NCBI GenBank assembly: GCA_965178125.1
Contig: OZ237772.1
Span: 496,001 to 560,000, forward strand
Length of the DNA stretch: 64,000 bases
From: Bilabrum cf. latius
Taxonomy: Eukaryota
Direction of reading: 5' to 3'
In this document: one piece after another, positions 59,544 through 64,000 of the stretch
Layout of the letters: each line of letters begins with the position of its first letter
How positions within the stretch are numbered: the first letter of the stretch is position 1
The notes under the pieces: model-generated
The model's input: the letters and a program-made list of their open reading frames with translations, nothing else
Told to the model about the DNA's origin: nothing
The model's database searches: none
Position numbers and translations under genes: made by a program

Positions 59544-61567
59544 TCAGAGCTCCGCGTGCTCCTGTAGGCGTGCATCGTGCTGCTAGATCCACTTGCGGAT
59601 GTACTCGAGCTCTTTCTCGCGGACCAGTTTGACCGAGGGCGTGTCAAGTGGGTTGGAGAAGAAGAGGTCCATGTGGTGTCCGCCCACCTGCAGAGGAGAG
59701 GGTACTGGGGCAGCGCGCACAGCATAGAGCATTGCGGCGCAAGGCAGTGGGGAGAGCGGTTGGCAACAACCCGACGATGCCGAAGCACGACTAAAGGCAA
59801 TCTCACCTGGATGTACGACACAAGGTCCCGGTCAAGGCTGATGTTGGCATGCGGGCCCCCGCCCCGCCATGGGTCGTAGGACCCCTGTGAGAAGAAGATG
59901 TTGGAGGCAGCCTGCAGGCGCCTGCCCCCGAAGCTGATCTGCGCCCAGTCCGATCTGGGAGTGACCCCCCACTGGTCCTGGCAGCCCTACGAGAAGGATG
60001 CAAAGTCCCATGGCACGGGCCAAAACATGTCCAGGGGTGGGCCGCTCTGGTTCTGCGGCATCACCATCTCCGTGCAGGCTAGGTAGTCCCACAGCAGCCC
60101 ATCCCGCTGAGTCTCCGGGTTGGGGGCTGCGTCCCAGTCATAGCACGACAGCGATCCGGTGTAGTTGAACCACGCACCCACGGCGTCCGCCAGGCGCTCC
60201 AGCGACTGACGCTGGTCCTTGGGGGCTGATCCATCGCCCACAGCACCCTGACACATGCCCTTGATGGGGAAGGCCGGCAGGATGCCCTGCAGGGTAGAAA
60301 GCGGAGGTGCGGTGCGATGAGAGGGTTGGTGATACTACGCGTGCGCGAGGAAACCAGCAAGCAGACGCAGAGCATCAAATCAAGCGATCTCACTTGGCCA
60401 TTCAGCATGTAGCTGCGATGAAAAACCAAAAGTCAAGGTGAAAGGATGCACAAATGTGGGCAACAGACACAGCAGCAGGGACGGTTCCACACTCCTAATG
60501 GATAGCCCAAGCCTCACCTGCTTGGGTAGGGGTAGCTGCCCATGGCTAGATAGGAGGGTGCGTTGGTGGCCCAGTAAGCCAGGCTAGTTGCATCTCCGGC
60601 GGTCTTGATGGGCTTGCACAGGCGCATGCCCTCGCTGACCTCCTGCCTGCCTGACTCGGTCTGGCCCAGGTCCAGGATGGCCTGAAAGCCTGCGTGCATG
60701 GCCCCTTTGCACCCAGGGACGAATGAGTCCGCCGTGTCGGTCACGATCCCGTTGTAGTAAGAGGGCTCCACGGCGGGGGTCTCGAAGGGGAAGGCCCAGA
60801 TGGGAGCTGAGCCAGCGATGGCGCCGTCGAATTGGGCTGGGTACTTGATGCGCGCCCATGAGGCCAGCATGCCACCATAGGAGCCTCCGAATGCAATTAC
60901 GGCGCTGTCGGGTGCATTCCAGTCTGCTTTCTTGTGCAGCAGCAGCCTGGCGTAGTCAGCGAGTGCCTGTTCGGCGCTCAAGTAGTTGGAGTGCTTGACC
61001 GAGTCCTACGGACTGAATGGGAGGCTCGCACCAAAGTACCGATGCTCGGCGAACACAAGAAGGGCGCCAAACTGTTCGGCATTCTCCCACATGAGACCAG
61101 TGTGGTTGAGACTGCGGAAAATGGCACAGCGGCAGGCGGTATTTATGGATGTACGTCGTGGCTGACTTGACAGCTGGTCAGTCAAAGCCGCCATAGAATA
61201 CTCACTAGAGGGTAACATCAGCCTCATTTCCGGTATAAAACCAGATAGGGCCTCCTTGTTTCTAGAATTGATCGCAAACGAAGACGCGCTGCTTGTACGT
61301 TGTCTACTTCGACCCGGCAGGAACATCAGTGGGCGCCTTCCAAGTGAAGTGGTCTAATGGCTACTCGAACCACTCGAGAGAGCAGTTCTGTGGGCCGACC
61401 GGCGTTGCAATCTTCCCAGTGCCGGCGATGTTTGGGAAAAACTCAGTCGATCTGCTCGGTACCTTTGGAGCTCGATGGCTCAACAGCGGGCGGCTACCAG
61501 TGGCCCATGCAGGTGATAATAGTACTGTAGCTGATGCTACGCTAAAAAAAGTTGAAAAGGTCCTCAT
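59544..61567 (-). CDS. PRCP: Lysosomal Pro-X carboxypeptidase / peptidase S28 family (5 exons: 61567-61206, 61111-60518, 60412-60394, 60286-59807, 59687-59544)
   Basis: Signal peptide; WFE*PLDHF; GPIWFYTGNE; AEHRYFG; catalytic GGSYGGML, YDPW and HHMDL; LACTEMVMP; four GT-AG introns restore the frame; ends TGA. Confidence 0.92.
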
Positions 61568-61701
61568 TTGGAAGGTTTGTGGTGCGAATCCTGGCTCGCT
61601 TTAGAAAGCGGAACCAAAGCGCGGCGCCGAAGCTACATAGATCCGGGATCCTTGGATGTCCCAAGTCTACTTCTAAGCTTAAAAAGAAAAAGTCAAAAGC
61701 C

Positions 61702-64000
61702 TTAATCTGCCTGATCATCCTATCCAACTCCGCTGTACAGGTATGCCAGCACTGACCGCGGCACTACCACACTCCCAACAGTACCGGCGTGCAGCCACTC
61801 CGGCAGCAGAGCATCGGGCAGGCGGTGGCACCCGAACCTCGCATACCACTCCCTCGCGTACAGGACCAGCAGCAGCCCCGTGCCCACGATGAGCATCATC
61901 CACACAAAGGTCGAGCTGGTGCCCCTGGCAGTCTTGAGCTGCGCGAAGAACACGCCGGGTCCCCCGAACATGAGGAACAGAATCGGGTAGAAGCACCCCA
62001 TGGCGAACGTCACGATCCACTCGTGCAGCAGATTGGAGATCAAAAAGGTCAGCATCAGCGCGTCAAACCGCGAGAGACCGTCTCCGCCGTGGCGGGCGGC
62101 TGTAGCACCTGCCTTGGGCTAGACTGCTGCCGTGTCCGCCTCCTCCTCCGCCCCGCCTGCGCCCGTGCCACTGCCTCTTACCTGCCGCTTGCCTGCTCTT
62201 TTACCTTTACCTTTGCCCTTTGCCCCCCCACCAGCGCCTCCCTCTTGTGCTATCTCAGCCAGGCCGCCAATGTCTGCCCCCTCGTTCGCTTCGACTTCTC
62301 CGCTCGCCCCTGTGATGGCCCGCCGCCCAGCCTCCGATGTGAACCGCATCAGGTCGAAGTAAATGTACGTGCGAATGTGCTGGCCCACCACCACATTCCA
62401 GAGGCGATAGAACTGTCCAAAAGATGCGGCATTCCACCAGTCCTGCGAACAAGGAAGGACGGGAGCAGAGGCAGGCACGCACACATGCAAGTTGCCGCAA
62501 TGCGGTCCATCCATGTCACACACAAACGGGCGGAAGGCCCCAATAACACAGCCCGCAGGCAGACACTCACACTCGCAAACTGTCCTCGATCTCCGAACCG
62601 CAGCAGCTCGGCCCACATGTTGAGCCACGAGTGCAGCACTCCGTAGAACATGAGCACCAGCAGTAGGGAAGCGGGCAGCATAGAGTGGAAGACGCTGAGC
62701 ACGAACGCCTGCAGATCTCCCGGATACAAAGCAGTGTGCTTGAACTGCGGAGCCACCGCCACCACGAAGAGAAGGTACACGAACCCGACCACCAGTAGGA
62801 AATTGAGGCCGTGCTTTCCCGCCTCGACCCATCTCACGTCGGGTGCCAAGCCGGGGTATCTGTCTCTGTACACGAGCGTGGGCGCGAAGGAGAAATACAT
62901 GTACCTGCCAATTTCTCGTTGCACGTCCCCCACATCGATGCGGGGCACCAGCACGTGCTCTTCCGTGACCCCTTTCTTCCGGGCCCAGCCAGGGATGTAC
63001 CGGGCCAGCGCGCTGTCGCCGTACAGCCCGTACAGCATCTTCTCCCTGAAGTACGCGTGCGCCTTCATCAGAAAACGGGCCATCTCGGCCTGCAAAATCA
63101 CCGCGCTAGGGGGTGGCAGCGGGCTGTCTGCCACGGCCAGGAAGTACAAGCAGACAGCGGTGGGCACCAACACCTGCAGGCCCTGCCCGATGCAGTAGAG
63201 CGGGAGCCACACATGCCAGCTCCAACTGAACCTCCGGACGCCCTGCACCAGCAGGATAGGGAAGAAAGATAGCACAAACTGCGCTACCCAGCAAGGCGCC
63301 ACGACTCCGACGTGTCCGAAGCCCCACACGAGCAGCCCAATGTCCGGTGTCAGGTCCGGCTCCACTGGCACCGCGGTCAGCTGAGAGGCCACCTGGCTCC
63401 ACTGCAGCGCAGGCGCAAGCTGTGCCCCGCCCTCATTCTCCGTGGCATTCAGCCCGTGGGTGGATGCATGCGCCGCCCAAGCCCTCCCCGAGCCCCCGCA
63501 GGCCCAGCCCTGGTCCGATTCCCCCGGCCTCTCCGCCTGCCGCTGCAGCTGAAAGGCCGCCTGCACCACCATGTTGATGCCCAGCCACGCCATGCCTGCC
63601 ACCGCCATGCTGTAGATCGTGCGGTAGTCCCGCCGCCCCTCCAGCATGGTGGTCAGCAGCGAGGCCCGGGGCCGGAAGGCAGGCTGCGACCATGCTCTCC
63701 TCAGCCGGGCCTGTCTGGCCGCTTCCTGCTGGGTCTCGGACAGCTGACTGCCCGAGGCCCGGGGCTCTCTCCTCTCCATGCCCGCATCGTCCTCGCCCAT
63801 GCCCTCCGCGCGGTCCAGCTGCGTCTCTAGCGAGGCTCCCAGGTCGCGCACTGCCTCCGCATGCCTGGCCAGGTCTCCGTGCAGCGATGTGCGCAGGGCC
63901 AGGAGCTCGTCTCGGAGAGAGTCCACGGCGCGCAGGTGAGCATGCACGCCCTAGCGATCCAGAAGGACTCGGGAATCTTCTGCCGTGGTCGCGGAGTTTG
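61702..64000 (-). CDS. SOAT1: Sterol O-acyltransferase (SOAT/ACAT, MBOAT family), 5' end outside the window; intron 62443-62570
   Basis: FRPRASLLT, EMARFLMKAHAY, YFSFAPTLVYRDRYP, HSWLNMWAELLRFGDR...DWWN, FYRLWNVVV, SNLLHEW (catalytic His), LYAREWYAR. TAG at 63951, 62119 and 61720; first non-TAG stop is TAA at 61702. Confidence 0.9.

Noticed and set aside
586-64000. Mass pseudogenisation or sequencing error as the cause of the broken ORFs
   Set aside because: Interruptions are only TAG, never TAA/TGA or frameshifts; catalytic motifs are intact; TAG falls at conserved Gln sites.
1-64000. tRNA-Gln(CUA), other RNA genes, or mobile elements
   Set aside because: None recognisable by eye; intergenic space is minimal. 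The decoding machinery must be sought elsewhere in the genome.

Overview
Gene-dense, GC-rich eukaryotic nuclear DNA from a protist (possibly a heterotrophic stramenopile; lineage cannot be fixed from this window). It holds about 25 protein genes with short GT-AG introns biased to 5' ends. The main result is a non-standard nuclear genetic code. By hand count, roughly 110 in-frame TAG codons lie inside otherwise intact genes, with no internal in-frame TAA or TGA seen. TAG occupies conserved Gln positions: the DEAD-box Q-motif (PTLV*), peptidase S28 WFE*PLDHF, xylulokinase ERFTGN*, and AsnRS THRFF*ERGF. Reading TAG as Gln joins the fragmented ORF track into full-length genes that almost all end in TGA; one appears to end in TAA. 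UAG therefore appears recoded to Gln independently of UAA. Secondary observations: a linked xylulokinase and xylose isomerase pair, both with mitochondrial-presequence-like N-termini; two unrelated 56-bp tandem repeats that each duplicate a gene's stop codon, one differing between copies only by CAG/TAG; head-to-head gene pairs mostly ~140 bp apart; a GST-like domain fused to AsnRS; and several large secreted or surface proteins. All gene models and family calls were made by eye, without database searches.
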